Positions 1-15,578 of a stretch of 64,000 nt of DNA are shown piece by piece (the first letter of the stretch is position 1; each line of letters begins with the position of its first letter). A program made the translations under genes and the position numbers. Location of the stretch: NCBI GenBank assembly GCA_030704615.1, contig CM060731.1, positions 24,118,001 through 24,182,000 of the forward strand. The letters are read 5' to 3'. The stretch is from Takakia lepidozioides. Its lineage: Eukaryota; Plantae; Bryophyta. The notes beneath the pieces are model-generated. The model made no database searches. It was not told the DNA's origin and worked only from the letters and a program-made list of their open reading frames with translations.

Positions 1-425
1 AGAGTCATGGTCATTTACAGGGAGCATCTATGCCTGACCTTTTTTAAGTCACCAACGGTTCAAACTCAATGCAAACTTGGAATCACTTACGTGACTATTC
101 TCTCTCCTACTTGTACTGATTTGCAGTCTTGAATAATCTTCCACAAATAGCAGGCTGGTAACCCTACTTCAAGTTCAAGTTCTTGATCCAGACATGCTCC
201 TATCATACTGCTTACTTTCTTTCACAATTACAACACCATGTTCACTTTGACTTATGGGCCTAAGACAGGTCTATCAGTAAGACCGCCGTGGTTACGGACC
301 AGTATGTTCATGATCTTAAATTCAGTCATTCCTGGCAGTTGTTGTGAGGCACTATATAACTTTTCACTTTTTAAGGCGAGGGAGATTGGGGTGAAGGAAG
401 GAGATCCAAATCCATCCTCAAATAC

Positions 426-3959
<3,534 letters not shown>

Positions 3960-4228
3960 TCCCGAACCGTTCTGCAGAGGCCTGTAGCACCATCCGATAC
4001 AGTCAAGCACAGCACAACCACGTCTCGATCAGTGTCTTCACTCGACCAAGGAAAACTCCTCCACAGCCACAACCAAGCATCCCACCTTCCCTCCATTCTG
4101 CTGAAAAGCTCACCATAACAAGAACCCATAGGCAGGAACCAACTGCTAGGATCATGCCACTACTCCCTCCGATCAAAATATGCCTCCAAATCTATAACAA
4201 ACTCACTGCCACAGCAAGCTCAACTTCC

Positions 4229-4704
4229 TTAATTCTAGCTTATCTCCATTCTTTTCAAAGCTCAGGGAAAGAACAGCTCGAGTCAAGCAATCTCACACTG
4301 TTCCCTGCGATCTACCTCACTCCTCCGAATCCCCCACACAATCACAGGAAGCGGATAATCACACGAAACTTGGTAAGAAGCGAGGTTACTTCTAGCTTAT
4401 CTCACATTCTTTTCAAGCTCAGGGAACGAACAGCTCGAGTCAAGCAGTCTCACACTGTTCCCTGCGATCTACCTCACTCCTCTGAATCCCCCACACAATC
4501 ACAGGAAGCGGATAATCACCTGAAACCTGGTAACAAGCAAGGTTAATTCTAGCTTATCTCACATTTTTTCAAGCTCAGGGAAAGAACAGCTCGAGTCAAG
4601 CAATCTCACACTGTTCCGTTCCCTGCGATCTACCTCACCCCTCCGAATCCCGCACACAATCACAGGAAGCGGATAATCACCTGAAACCTGGTACGAAGCG
4701 AGGT
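4229..4704. repeat. Tandem triplication of a ~157-bp unit upstream of the NADP-ME start codon
   Basis: Unit TTAATTCTAGCTTATCTC...GGATAATCACCTGAAACCTGGTA..AAGC.AGG starts at ~4229, ~4386 and ~4543, with few differences between copies. Confidence 0.95.
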
Positions 4705-4843
4705 GCAGCAGCTGTGAGACGGCAAGCGAGAGGAAAGACCAGATGCGACCACAAATGCGTCTTTCTCGCCCGGTTACACACCTTCCTCTGCACAGCGACG
4801 CCTAGTCCCCTGCCCCACATTGACTCCTTAAAACAATATCGCC

Positions 4844-5198
4844 TGACGTCGGCACACGTGGGATGGCATGCCTTCCAACTATCCGCAGCAGCATTTCCCG
4901 AAGCATCTCGTCCAATACACGGCTCCTCTCTCCCACTCGTCCTCGCAAATTTATGATGAGAGAAGTCTCTAGATCGCATCTGTCACACTATCCACCTTAC
5001 CTCGCTCCTACCTTCCCGCTCTGGCGGGAGCAATTGGCGGGACTGTTCTCAACCACGTCTCGTCCATGTCTCATTTTTCATTCATTCTCCGTTTCGGTCG
5101 ATAAGGACACGTGTATTTTTCTGATTCGCAGGATGTCTGACACGTGGGGAAATTTTGCGCTGCCAGCGTCTGAGAGCCCCAAGGCGAGGCGCCACGTC
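4844..5198. promoter_or_regulatory. Cluster of ACGT-core (G-box/ABRE-like) motifs in the presumed NADP-ME promoter
   Basis: CACGTG at 4855, 5108 and 5141; TGACGTC at ~4844; CCACGTC at ~5053; GCCACGTC (GACGTGGC on -) at 5191. Function is inferred only. Confidence 0.45.
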
Positions 5199-7133
5199 AG
5201 TTAGGGGCCCTTATCAGGCCCGTAGTCAATTCAACCTTCCATTATTGCGATGTGTGGCTCCATGTTCATGTACATACACTGTGCCGTCGTACCCTAGGAT
5301 CTAAATCTAAATCGTTAGTACCCCGTCCGATTTGGACCCTTGGATCAAATATCTATGATAAATTCGTATACGTACAAGAGTATGTAATAGTGCAATAATA
5401 CGATATATATATTAGATTACTATAGGTATATAGGTGTAATGAATAGTAAATTTTTATCTCAAAAAACTCTTCCCCAAATATACTAAGGTGACTCTTCCCT
5501 GAAGCAGTATAATATTGTTTGCGTAACACATGAAATAGGGCCCACCCCTGAAAAGAGCCAGTAGCTGCATGCCAAGTGGCTCTTAGTTACGCCGGCTTGG
5601 GCAGGAGTCTTCTCTCTCTCTTTGTGTCACACATGAAAAATTCTCAAATAAAGGAAAAGATACCTCATCCTTAGTTTGCATAGCATGTTCATAATAAATA
5701 TAGTAAAGTATGATGCCTTCCCGTATGACACACCATAAATTATGGTGTCGCCTTACTCTTGACTCGGAACAGCCATTCTTTTACTGGCGACTTCTCGCCA
5801 AATTGCGACTTTGAACGGGCCGCGCATGAGGTTACTGAAAATAAGGTTGAAAAATAGATGGATTTAGCCAAAAGTTCATGTGGTGGGCCCATATTTCGCC
5901 AAAGGGTCTACAAGAGGGAGCCACTTGTCGCCATCCTGGAGCGAGGGATGTTAGAACAGATGGGCCAGATTCCGCTCAGCACCTATAAGGGATCCCCACA
6001 TTCATATGTACATTGGGGGAGGGTATGGAGTATCGGCCATCTAGGCCAAGTTATCCAAAGTTACTGACGTCGGTGGAGCATGGCCGGTTGGTTGCATGGA
6101 TGGTTGCTTTTATGTGCATAGGGTTCAGAAGCAACTGGGCAATAGGCCTGCCTCGTTGTCCAAGGCCAGGATCAATTGAGCTGGTCGCTTGGCAAAAGGT
6201 GGGTCCCGCAAGCAAAGAGTGTGGCCAATCCCCCTAAGCAATGTGCACAAACGTAACCTTCACAGATAGAAGAAACGTCCAAATATGAGCGTGACCTTGA
6301 ATGGACCCCTATTTTTGTGTATAAAAGTGACTCCATAGGTCCTTGAATGGATGGATAGAATCAAGTGATTTATTTAAGGTCTACCAGTGGCCAGAATTAC
6401 CTACAGATAGGGTTGTTTTACAACTGAACGTGTACACATCCATGTACTTATTGGATTTATAACTGCACGATTTTGAACAAATCAAATATCTTACTGTAAT
6501 CATAATTTGCACTTAATTAATCACCTAAAGAGTAGGCCTAGGGCAGATTTGGGGCGGATTTTGTTTCAAAATACCACGACGGCTGCTTCATTTAATGAGC
6601 AAGGCTGCGCAATTCGAATTCCTTCCGGCAACCATTTGAAATCACACAGCAAGTATAACAAGGTGCCTAGCCTACTCACTTTCGACCATCTGCAGTCACC
6701 AAATGTAAAGTGCTCGAGGGGGTTCACTTTCTAAGTTAGCTAGTCACCTTGTGTAGAGAGGGCCCGGCTCACTATCTAACTTACGTTACTAAGTTACGTT
6801 ATCAGATATCTGCAGTCAACAAGTAAGGAGGGGCCGACTGCTCACTGTGTACCATCTGCACTCACCAAGTAAGTGATAACAGGGGGACCACTCTCACTTT
6901 TCTACACGAGCACATAAGCTAGGGACATTGGAAACTGGTACCTGCAAGCATGATTTCACATAAATAAACACCTTGAAAAGTCGAAAGTAACATGTACACA
7001 TGTCTCCGATATAGCTTGCAACTTGGACCCACGTTAGAAGAGAGAATGGAGCAGCGCTAACTTAATCAGATTACATCCAGAGGTCTTGTACAAAGAACCA
7101 GCAAAAGTTCAACGGTCCAATTAAGTAGAGACT

Positions 7134-7323
7134 GGAGACGATGATCAGAAATGCTTAGAGTTCAAGCAATGGTGACACTTTCAACGTCCAGGTCCAATGC
7201 AGTAGACGACGATAAAAAATGCTTAGAGTTGCAACAGGGATACTTTCAACATCTAGGTCCAATGCAGCAGACGACGATCAGAATTGCTTAGAGTTTAAGC
7301 AATAGGGAAACGTTCAACATCCA
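7134..7323. repeat. ~65-68-bp tandem repeat (about 3 copies) inside the pogo element
   Basis: Recurrent AGACGA(C/T)GAT..AATGCTTAGAGTT...CTTTCAAC.TC.AGGTCCAATGCAG. Confidence 0.85.
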
Positions 7324-7710
7324 AGCACGCCTGTGCTGGAATATCCATGTTGGATTGATCATGAATACAGGTGCTGGCCTTCAATTGAAAAATGCTGGTT
7401 TATTAGTTCAACTTGATGGCGCTACAATGATGCGGCTAAGTTGACATAACTGAGGGAAGATTCTACACATCATAGCACATACCATGGCGCATTGAAGGTT
7501 GAAACCTAGCTTACTAACATTTTTTATTTATTCAATTGTCATGGGAGCTGTGAACTATCCTTCATGAGAGGTAGTTGTTGTCATGAATGTTAATCTTCTA
7601 TTTAATCTCTTACATTGATCACTCATTGCTTATGTTTCTACAGGGGCGAATTGAGTTCCTCTCTTTATTGGGTTCATTTCTTCCAACAACAGATTTTGGA
7701 GGTGTCTCCA

Positions 7711-10313
7711 ATGGCAGAATGGGCTAAGTATATGCTATCTGCATCTGATGGGTGATGTGTAATATGTGGTGGTGTATCACGCCTGACCAAGTACGTTACC
7801 ACAAGGGGTCTACTGCACACTTTCTGCTTATTGTCATGGATCTAAATTTCAGGCCTTCTCAAGCGTTCAGGTTGTTGCCTGAAACTGAGGTAGAGGACGA
7901 TGCACATATCGAGAATCATTCCAGTGATTCAGGGCAAGAGAGAGACATTTACAATGGTAGGCATTCACATGAGGGCAGTCAAGTTAGTGATGACGATGAT
8001 CCTGCAAATTTTCAGTGGGGCTAAGATCCGGCATGGGCCAGTGTACAATTCAATGTTGGACAAGGTTCTAAAGATACCATGAGAGATACTAGCATGCGGG
8101 ACCAAGACCAATCTAGAGTGGCTGAACGTGGATTTCCTGACTCTGATCACAACACTACACCTCCACCAGCTCGGAATTGGGGTGGCCGTCCCAAGAGAGC
8201 TCCAAGGAGGAGAAAAAATGGGAATTGGTCGGACGAGGCACTTGTTGGTGCCATGGCAGCAATCGATCATGGAGAGCACATACGAGCAGTTGTCAGGTCC
8301 TTTGGTATACCTGCATCAAGCTTGAGAAATCATGTGTATGGTGTGACTACCACATGACGTAGGGGTTCCAAAGGCACGTTGGATGCTGCTGAAGAATTAG
8401 AGCTGGTCAAGTACATAGAAAGAATGTTGGCGATCGGACATCCTCTTACACTTACTCAGATACGGTTGAAGGTTGCTGAAATAACTCAGGAGCGAATGAC
8501 ACCATTTAAGGAATCCCGGGTAGGGGTTGGGTTAGGTGGTTCCGAAGGAGGCATCCAGATCTGAGCTTGAGGGTGGCTCAAGGGCTGGAGACAGGGAGAG
8601 CTAGAGGACTTTGCCCTAACAATGTTCAATCTTTCTACACTAACCTAGATCTGATCTACAAGAAGTACAACTATGACCAGAATTTGGAACTGTGATGAAT
8701 CCGGCTGCCAGGCTGGAAGGAATGGTGGCGTTGTGGTACTTGCCAAAGCAGGGACAAGAGCCGTACACTTGATTACTCCAGATCAGCGAGAATGGCTCAG
8801 TGTTTTAACCTGCATGAATGCAACAGGTTGTCACATTCCTAATTTTTATATATTCAAAGGAAAACGATTCAGAAGGAACTACATTGCAAGATACGAATCA
8901 GGAGCAACAATGGCAATGCAAAAGAAGGCATGGATGACAAGAATATTGTTCAGTAAGTGGATTTCTCATTTCATTGAATCGGCAAAGGCCATGGGCAATG
9001 AGATTACCGTGACAAACCGACACTTGTTGATCCTTGACGACCATAATTCACATGTCACTCTTGACGTGGTTAGGCAAGCAAGATCGGTGGGTCTTGATCT
9101 TATCACACTCCCGTCTCACACCTCACATGTACTTCAGCCACTTGACGTGGCTGTGTTCAAGCCTTTTAAAACCGCATTCATAAAGTACAAAGACGTTTGG
9201 AGCATGGCTCACAAAGGAAAGGGGGCCCAGAAGGAGGACTTGGCGTAGTGGGTGAGCTTAGCTTTGAAGACAACACTCACACGACAAAACATAGCGAAGG
9301 GGTTCCGGGCTACAGGAATCTGGCCCCTGGATGCATCTGCGATGGATGGAAAGATGGGCCCTAGTATGGCATTCACACAGCCTGAACAGGAAGAGAAGAC
9401 CATTGGAAGACCACTATCATGACCAGCGACAGACGACTCAGAAGCCACAATCGAAGACAACCATACAACAGAAGAGGCCGAACGCATACTTACTGCATTG
9501 CATGTGGAGGAGATTCTGCGCAACATTGTACTTGAGACCCACGAGGACCACCATCACTATTTTGTGGAGATGGAGTGCAATGATCGCGATGAACAGGTGC
9601 AGGCGGGTGGGAGTGGACCTGAATTCTCATCAAGCCATGAGTCCAATGTGCAGGTAGATTAGGACGAAGACTGCGTCGTGGTGCCGACCCAGGTCTCAAG
9701 CGGACGTCCATCCACCGTATCCCGCTTCCTAACTCTCCCTGAAGTTCCTGCAGGCACTCACAGAAGGGTGAGAAACAAAAATGAACCAATAATCGACTAC
9801 TCCAAGTCGATTATGATGACCTTAGACACATATTTGGCTGCATTAGAACAGAAGGCAAGTCTGAAAGAAGCAGCAATCCAAGCACGTGAACGCAAGAAAG
9901 AAGAGCAAGTAGCTGCCAAGGCAAAACGAGCAGCTGAGCAACAAGAGGCAGCAAATCAGAAATGAGCCTTACAACAGGAGAGAGCCCAAAAGAAGGCGTT
10001 TGATGCGCAGTGGAGCGCCAAAGCGTGTGCAGTGGCAGGTGATCGCCTGCATACTACAATCAAAACGAATCCCCCAATTTCCCCTAACGGCTACCTCACT
10101 CCATACTGTGGCAGTGCCCCGGCCATCTACAGGTATAACCAACGCATCATGATGCAACGACGTCGGGCCAAAGCAGTGGGCGCGGACATAAGCCACCTCA
10201 ATGTCTGCCCAGTCCCCCCTGTAGTGACCACAATACCTCTACACATAGGACTGCACATAGGACTGCATCATACTTCTGATCTGGGCCATCATAGCAATGT
10301 CATTCGGTTTTAA
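7711..10313 (+). pseudogene. pogo/Fot1-like DD35D transposase pseudogene (HTH_psq + CENP-B HTH + DDE_1, long C-terminal tail)
   Basis: Motifs WSDEALVGAMAAI..IRAVVRSFGIPASSLRNH, EELELVKYIERMLAIGHPLT, RIWNCDESG, LLILDDHNSH and LPSHTSHVLQPLDVAVFKPFK, with 35 residues between the 2nd and 3rd Asp. Several stops and frameshifts. A probable short first exon (7711-7751) joins in frame across a GT-AG intron (7752-7852). Confidence 0.9.
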
Positions 10314-11930
10314 TAGCCTACTGCCAGTAGCTTAGCTTCCATGCAAAAATGTCACGAGTTCTGCACTTCAAAATTGAAATTGAAACCAGTCTTGCTCATG
10401 ACCACACATGTTGCAGCTTTCGTGATGAATATTGTCTGCCATTGTTTAGTGAATTTCTTGTCATGCGGCAGTACTTAGTGGTACTAGACTAGCCAAAACA
10501 CGAAAAAATTGCCGGTACCCTAAGGCACTGGTCCTGTCGAAATAGACTTGTCGAACGGCCTTGATAATGAGACGAAACCATATTATAAGACCAAGCCATG
10601 TGGTGTATTTCCAGCGCGGGTGTAACATCTGGAAATTCATCTCGAATCAACAGAACAAGGGCCCAGACCAGGACATTGACAACTATGTAATAATAGTTGC
10701 GGAAGAAAAGCCAGATAGTCGCAAAGAAAAAAACGTGACAACACGGAAGTGGCACTCAGCATCTTAAAGAACAATGGCAATGCGCACATGTACACCTTTT
10801 CCATAGACTCCAATACCACTCATGAATTTAAGTCAACGAGGAAGATGAAGGTAAGCTTACTTAGAGCCTTTGGAGATGACGGGAGTTCACAGGAGCGCGG
10901 GAGTTTGATAGCGTTCGCCACATGGACAGGTTAGGGTTGAGAGAAAAGAGTATTAGCGACGGGAATGAATTGCGTTGTGTTCCAACAAGGATAAGAATAC
11001 AATTACGGGGGCTTAATATTTCATCCATGTTTGATGACTTTTGGGAACCATCGTGGACAGACTTCGTACTGTAGGTGATCAGTTTTGAGGCCATTGCTGC
11101 TTTGAGTTTGCATGCCTACGATACCATTGTAGATGTCAGGCCAGGCCATTGGCAGGTCTAAAGGTGGTTATTAATTGCTTACACATGGCATGTTTTCAGA
11201 TGCACAAGTTGTGCATATGAGGCATGAGCAGGTTTTAGATTAGATATAATTTGGGTGAGCATTAGGTGGGTCTACTGCACAGACATATGGAGTTATGTAC
11301 CACCACTTTTGATAATTCATATCAATTGACCACTTGCCTCTAAAATTTTGGAATTTACATGAGGTCCTGTTCGTTGAATTGCTAATCCAACCATATTATT
11401 TCCTCCTCACTGCACCGAGCCCTATGAATCATACTGCTTAAGTGCACACATTTGGGTGTTTCTACCTTAACCAGTACAACAAGTCAAAAGGAATTATCAA
11501 TTGCCGGCCATGAACTCTGGCGCCAAATTCCCAGTTATTGCGCTCACCAATGTCACTCACCGATATCTAGCCACCGGTGAACCCATTGAAGCAAGGTGTC
11601 ATTTTTGTCATCTAGTGCAAAACTTGGCGGACGGCCGTGACATGGAAGTTGGCTTAAATGTACTACTTAGCATATAGACTTTGTAATCAGATTAGTTTAG
11701 AAAGAGAAAGAGATGACTCCGGCCAAAGCTCGCGTAACTAAGAGCCACTTCGCCTTGCAGCAGCTACTGCCCCTTTTCAGGGGTGGGCCCTATCATGTAG
11801 TTTACAATATGTCTTGTGGTATTGATGGTGCTTTGATGGCATAAGACCTTGTGGTCTAATCTCAGTTTTTGTGTCATAGAGCTTGTTGAGGTAATATCTA
11901 TTTTCAAAAATATTATGTTTTTTTAGAGAT

Positions 11931-12133
11931 ATTTACCTCAACAATAGTTTTTGAGGGAGGTCAAAAACAATTGTTCAACGTCCTGAATTGTGGGCTGCCA
12001 TCGCTCCCAGTTTTCTTTTCTCTTTTTTTTAAAAGGAACTCCCAGGTTTCTTTTTCAGAAAATAAAAATGTTCACTATGTTATTTTCATTACCTCAACAA
12101 TAGTTTTTGAGGGAGGTCAAAAACAATTGTTCA
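11931..12133. repeat. Dispersed ~46-bp direct repeat with a short inverted copy
   Basis: TTACCTCAACAATAGTTTTTGAGGGAGGTCAAAAACAATTGTTCA at ~11933 and ~12089; inverted TTGTTGAGGTAA at ~11883. Confidence 0.75.
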
Positions 12134-12414
12134 CTATGTTATTTTTCAATAGTGAAGTGGTTTGGATGATAAAGTGAATAAAAATGAATAAGGTGTCTAT
12201 TTTGTTTGTCTATTTTGTTTTCATATTGGTAGCCTTTAACATGCTATGTCAATTTTAGATTGTTCGCCTTATCGTCTCTACTATGTTTTGGATTCATTCG
12301 CTTAACACTCATTCCACATCTTGTATCTGCATTTTCTACCATAGCCACACATGCTCCACTTGGGTTCCTATGGATGCCAATCGCGCCACAATGTAAAATA
12401 GTGTAAAAGAAACG

Positions 12415-12533
12415 CTGACCTGGAAGGGCTACTGCCTCTGGCCGGAAGGTGGACACTTTTATGACACCAATTGGTGGATTGAACCCACAACCACTTCCAA
12501 GGTGCTATGTGCCCATTACCACTTGGTCTATAA
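12415..12533 (-). mobile_element. tRNA-derived SINE (family 1), truncated copy
   Basis: Aligns by eye with the copies at 12621, 17786/26661 and 53320. B-box GGTTCAATCC on the - strand. Confidence 0.8.
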
Positions 12534-12542
12534 ACACGTGCG

Positions 12543-12986
12543 CCCGTCGCAAATTTGTATGGTGGTGTCGTCATGATATATAGGCTAGTTAGACTTATAT
12601 GGAGGTTGTTTGTGAATATATATATATATGACGCCTCCCCAAGGAAGCGTAAATTATGCAATTATGGTGTCTCTTGACCCAAAAGGGCAACTGCATTCCA
12701 ACAGGAAGGTGGACACCTTTGTGACACCAATCAATGGATTGAACACACAACCACTTCCAAGGTGGTATGTGCCCATTACCACTGGGCTACAACTTGGTTG
12801 TTTGTTTGTGAATATAAATGGAGGAGGGTATTGGGCCTAAGTTGTAGATGTAGTTCATGGACTGGAAGAGAAATTTACTTGAAAGTAGCTTCGTCAAGAG
12901 AATGGTTGCTAGGGTCAACTACGGTGATCATTAGTGGGGGGATTTCCCCACACACACATGTATGTATATATATATATATATATATC
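12543..12986 (+). repeat. Dispersed ~240-bp repeat, copy 1 (interrupted by the SINE), ending in (CA)n(TA)n
   Basis: Homologous to 15208-15470, from CCCGTCGCAA..TTGTATGGTGGTG to ATCATTAGTGGGGGGATTT..CACACAC(AT)n. Confidence 0.85.
12621..12801 (-). mobile_element. tRNA-derived SINE (family 1), full length with TSD
   Basis: The - strand reads AACCAAGTTG-TAGCCCAGTGG (A-box)...GTTCAATCC (B-box)...body...(AT)n tail. A 15-bp TSD TTGTTTGTGAATATA lies at 12606-12620 and 12802-12816. The uninterrupted empty site is seen in the paralogous repeat at ~15272. Confidence 0.92.
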
Positions 12987-13099
12987 ATGTGTTTGCTAAA
13001 GATAATGTCGCAGTATTTATACCATCAAGTTAGATAGAGCGTCACCCAAGTAATTTTGGGCTCCAATCTTGCTACCCATTCCTGCTACCTTGTCAAGTG

Positions 13100-13836
13100 C
13101 AGTATAATCTTCTCCCCCTTTGTAATGTGCTATTGGATTCATCGAATCCCAACAATCTCGAAGAATAGCCGCACAATACTCATTTATAAAAAAGATGACC
13201 ATACTCAACTGGGAAACTACAACCCATTGCACTTGCCAATACTCTATATAAACTATTTACCAGTATCGTGACCACCCTTATCACGTCATACAGAGAGCAA
13301 TACCATATTCTTAGTGAAATCTTCACGTGAAGGATTTACAGCTGCAAGAAACACAACTACACAAATTCAGCTGATTATATCTGCTCTAGAAGATGTACGT
13401 TTTACTCAACAAGACATATATCTGTTCTACATTGATTTTAAAAACGCATTTGGCTCCATTGATCACGCCCGAATGTTGGCCATCATACTAACATGGGCTA
13501 TATTCCACAAGATGCGGTCATGCTCATAGGAAATATCTACACAGACGCCACAACCAAGTACTCTAGACCTTCGTTTGAAAACACTTCGCCGATACCAATT
13601 CACAGAGGCACTGTACAAGGAAATACACTTAGTCTATATCTATTCCTTATTTTTTGGAGCCCCTCCTCCGCTGGCTAGCTCAAGATAGCATAGGATAGCA
13701 ATATCATCCAACAATATCTCCGCAGTTGCATACGCAGATGACCTTGTCTTGCTTTCCAACAAACCCACCCATCTCACTAGACAAAATAGGAAACTTGAAA
13801 GATTCAATAAATGGGCAACGATGGAATTAACCCCTA
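13100..13836 (+). pseudogene. Non-LTR retrotransposon reverse transcriptase relic
   Basis: Across frameshifts: TILIYKKDD..NYNPIALANTLYKLFT, EGF..RNT..QIQLIISALED, LFYIDFKNAFGSIDH, IHRGTVQGNTLSLYLFLIF(L)EPLLRWL and AYADDLVLL (YADD at 13731-13742). Confidence 0.9.
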
Positions 13837-14548
13837 AACGTCCAAGCGACCCAAATCGGGTCACACGGACTTTCCGGGGCCCACAACTTTTTTAGATCTT
13901 GGCTACTTTTGGTGAAATTTGGGCCATTTTAAGGGCCACAAGTTGGCTATCACCTCCCATTTACAGATCCGGTAGATCTACTCAGGACAGTGATTACGGT
14001 TTTTTTTAGTACAAGGGGTCGGCTGGAGACCTCCCGCGCCTCTTGGTACGCTGGCCTCCTGACACTCATGTTTGCTTCGCACGCATGGTGTACCCCCCCT
14101 ACTTTGACCAAGTGTCACAAACGCATTGCTTGGCTGCTTTTCATCTTGCTGGATGAAGGATATAGAGGGGAACAACTGGGACCATAATCACCTAAAACGG
14201 ATGTCATCCTGTAAGGCAAATTCCCAATTTACTAGCTCCAACTTGTTCTCTTTTACTGGGGGGCCCACATTCAACGGTGGCAATTTTGCAAATCTGGGGC
14301 GATTGCCTCCAAATTTTGCACATGTCTTGATGTGGTAGGTGAGCACATATTATGCGGTCAAAATTTGAAATTTCCCATTTTCCAGGGAGTTCGGATGCAA
14401 CAAGTGGCAGAACCTGTGAAAGCATTTCAAGGATATTCGGGGGCAACAACTTCATACCACAAGTAGTGAAGACTACTTCACTATAACCAGTGAATAGCGT
14501 GGAACAGCAGGACTCCCGAAATCCTTCTCAAATGACCTTTTTGAGGAC

Positions 14549-15046
14549 ATGTCTTTTCTGTTAGAACAAGCTTGCAATTCTGTAAAGGCGACAACATCAA
14601 GCATGAGGGTATCACTAGTACCAAATCAGCAGCATGTATCAGATATCAACCCAATTGATCATGTCAGTGTTGGCCCGTTAGTAGACAACAATTTGGGTTC
14701 AGCAAATATGGCCTCAGAAAGCCTGGTCGTTGAGGACATAACATGTGGGTGACCTCTGAATTATCATACATGCGATGAGCCACATGTTCCTCCTCGTGGT
14801 CGACCTCCTATGCCAGGGCGAGAGAGGTACACCAAATCATCCCCTACACCATTCAACAACTCAACCGGCAAGAAAAGGAAGCATGTACGTGTTGTGACCA
14901 CCGACTTCCCCAAGGCCTTGAAGGAGGGAAACGAAATCATTTCCAAAAGTATGGAAGATGATAGAAAGGAGAGGATGAAAAGATTTGGCAAGTCGCTTAC
15001 CCTTCAAACCAAGATGTTCAACTTTGAGAAGCAAAAGGGCATTTGA
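14549..15046 (+). pseudogene. Degenerate ORF fragment, possibly the C-terminus of a TE accessory (Myb/SANT-type) protein
   Basis: Two in-frame ORF pieces separated by one stop. A low-complexity linker is followed by KKRK and a charged coiled-coil (ALKEGNEIISKSMEDDRKERMKRF). The assignment rests on general resemblance only. Confidence 0.3.
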
Positions 15047-15207
15047 ATCACAGCAGTTACCTTCTAGCAATCAAGCGCCATGGTTTCCCATTTTGGAAAA
15101 TTGGTCGAGAAGAAATATGGTGCAGCTTAAGGGCATGGCCATAACGATTACAAGTTCTCCTAGTTTCTCGTAGTTTCTCCTTTAGCTCAGCTTCCCTAGT
15201 TTAGTTT

Positions 15208-15470
15208 CCCCGTCGCAAGTTTGTATGGTGGTGAAGCCGTGATATATAGGCTACTTAGACTTATATGGAGGTTGTTCGTGAAAATAAATGGAGGAGGGTC
15301 TATATGGGGCCTTTGCACATGTAGTGAACGTACTTCATAAATAGGACTGTAGAAGAAATTTACTTGAAAGTAGCTTTGACAACATAATGGTTGCTAGGGT
15401 TAGCCATGGCGATCATTAGTGGGGGGATTTACACACACACACACGCATATATATATATATATATATATCA
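15208..15470 (+). repeat. Dispersed ~240-bp repeat, copy 2, ending in (CA)n(TA)n
   Basis: Same as copy 1 at 12543 but without the SINE. Confidence 0.85.
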
Positions 15471-15578
15471 TTCTTCTTATCTTTTTATATAAATGCAACT
15501 ATACTAAGTTTAATGGGAGTTAACATGATTGTATACTCATGTAACCTATTTCAATTAGATTTGCTCTGGTATATGAGA

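Larger units (their letters stand above)
5538..11790 (+). mobile_element. Full-length pogo/Fot1-like (Tc1/mariner superfamily) DNA transposon, 6253 bp, decayed
   Basis: Imperfect ~86-90-bp TIRs: left 5538-5623 (GGGCCCACCCCTGAAAAGAGCCAGTAGCTGC...CTCTTAGTTACGC...) and its reverse complement at 11701-11790. TA on both sides (5536-37, 11791-92). Internal DDE_1 transposase. Confidence 0.92.

Noticed and set aside
5538-5550. GGGCCC-starting TIR as a PIF/Harbinger element
   Set aside because: The flanks give a 2-bp TA duplication rather than a 3-bp TWA one, and the enclosed transposase is pogo DDE_1.
12621-12801. SINE heads as functional tRNA genes
   Set aside because: Arm spacing is abnormal, the anticodon loop varies between copies, and they carry an unrelated body, a tail and a TSD.
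12543-15470. The two 240-bp repeats as paired LTRs of one retrotransposon
   Set aside because: No gag/integrase, PBS or PPT is seen between them, the enclosed RT is non-LTR type, and both copies end in TA microsatellites.
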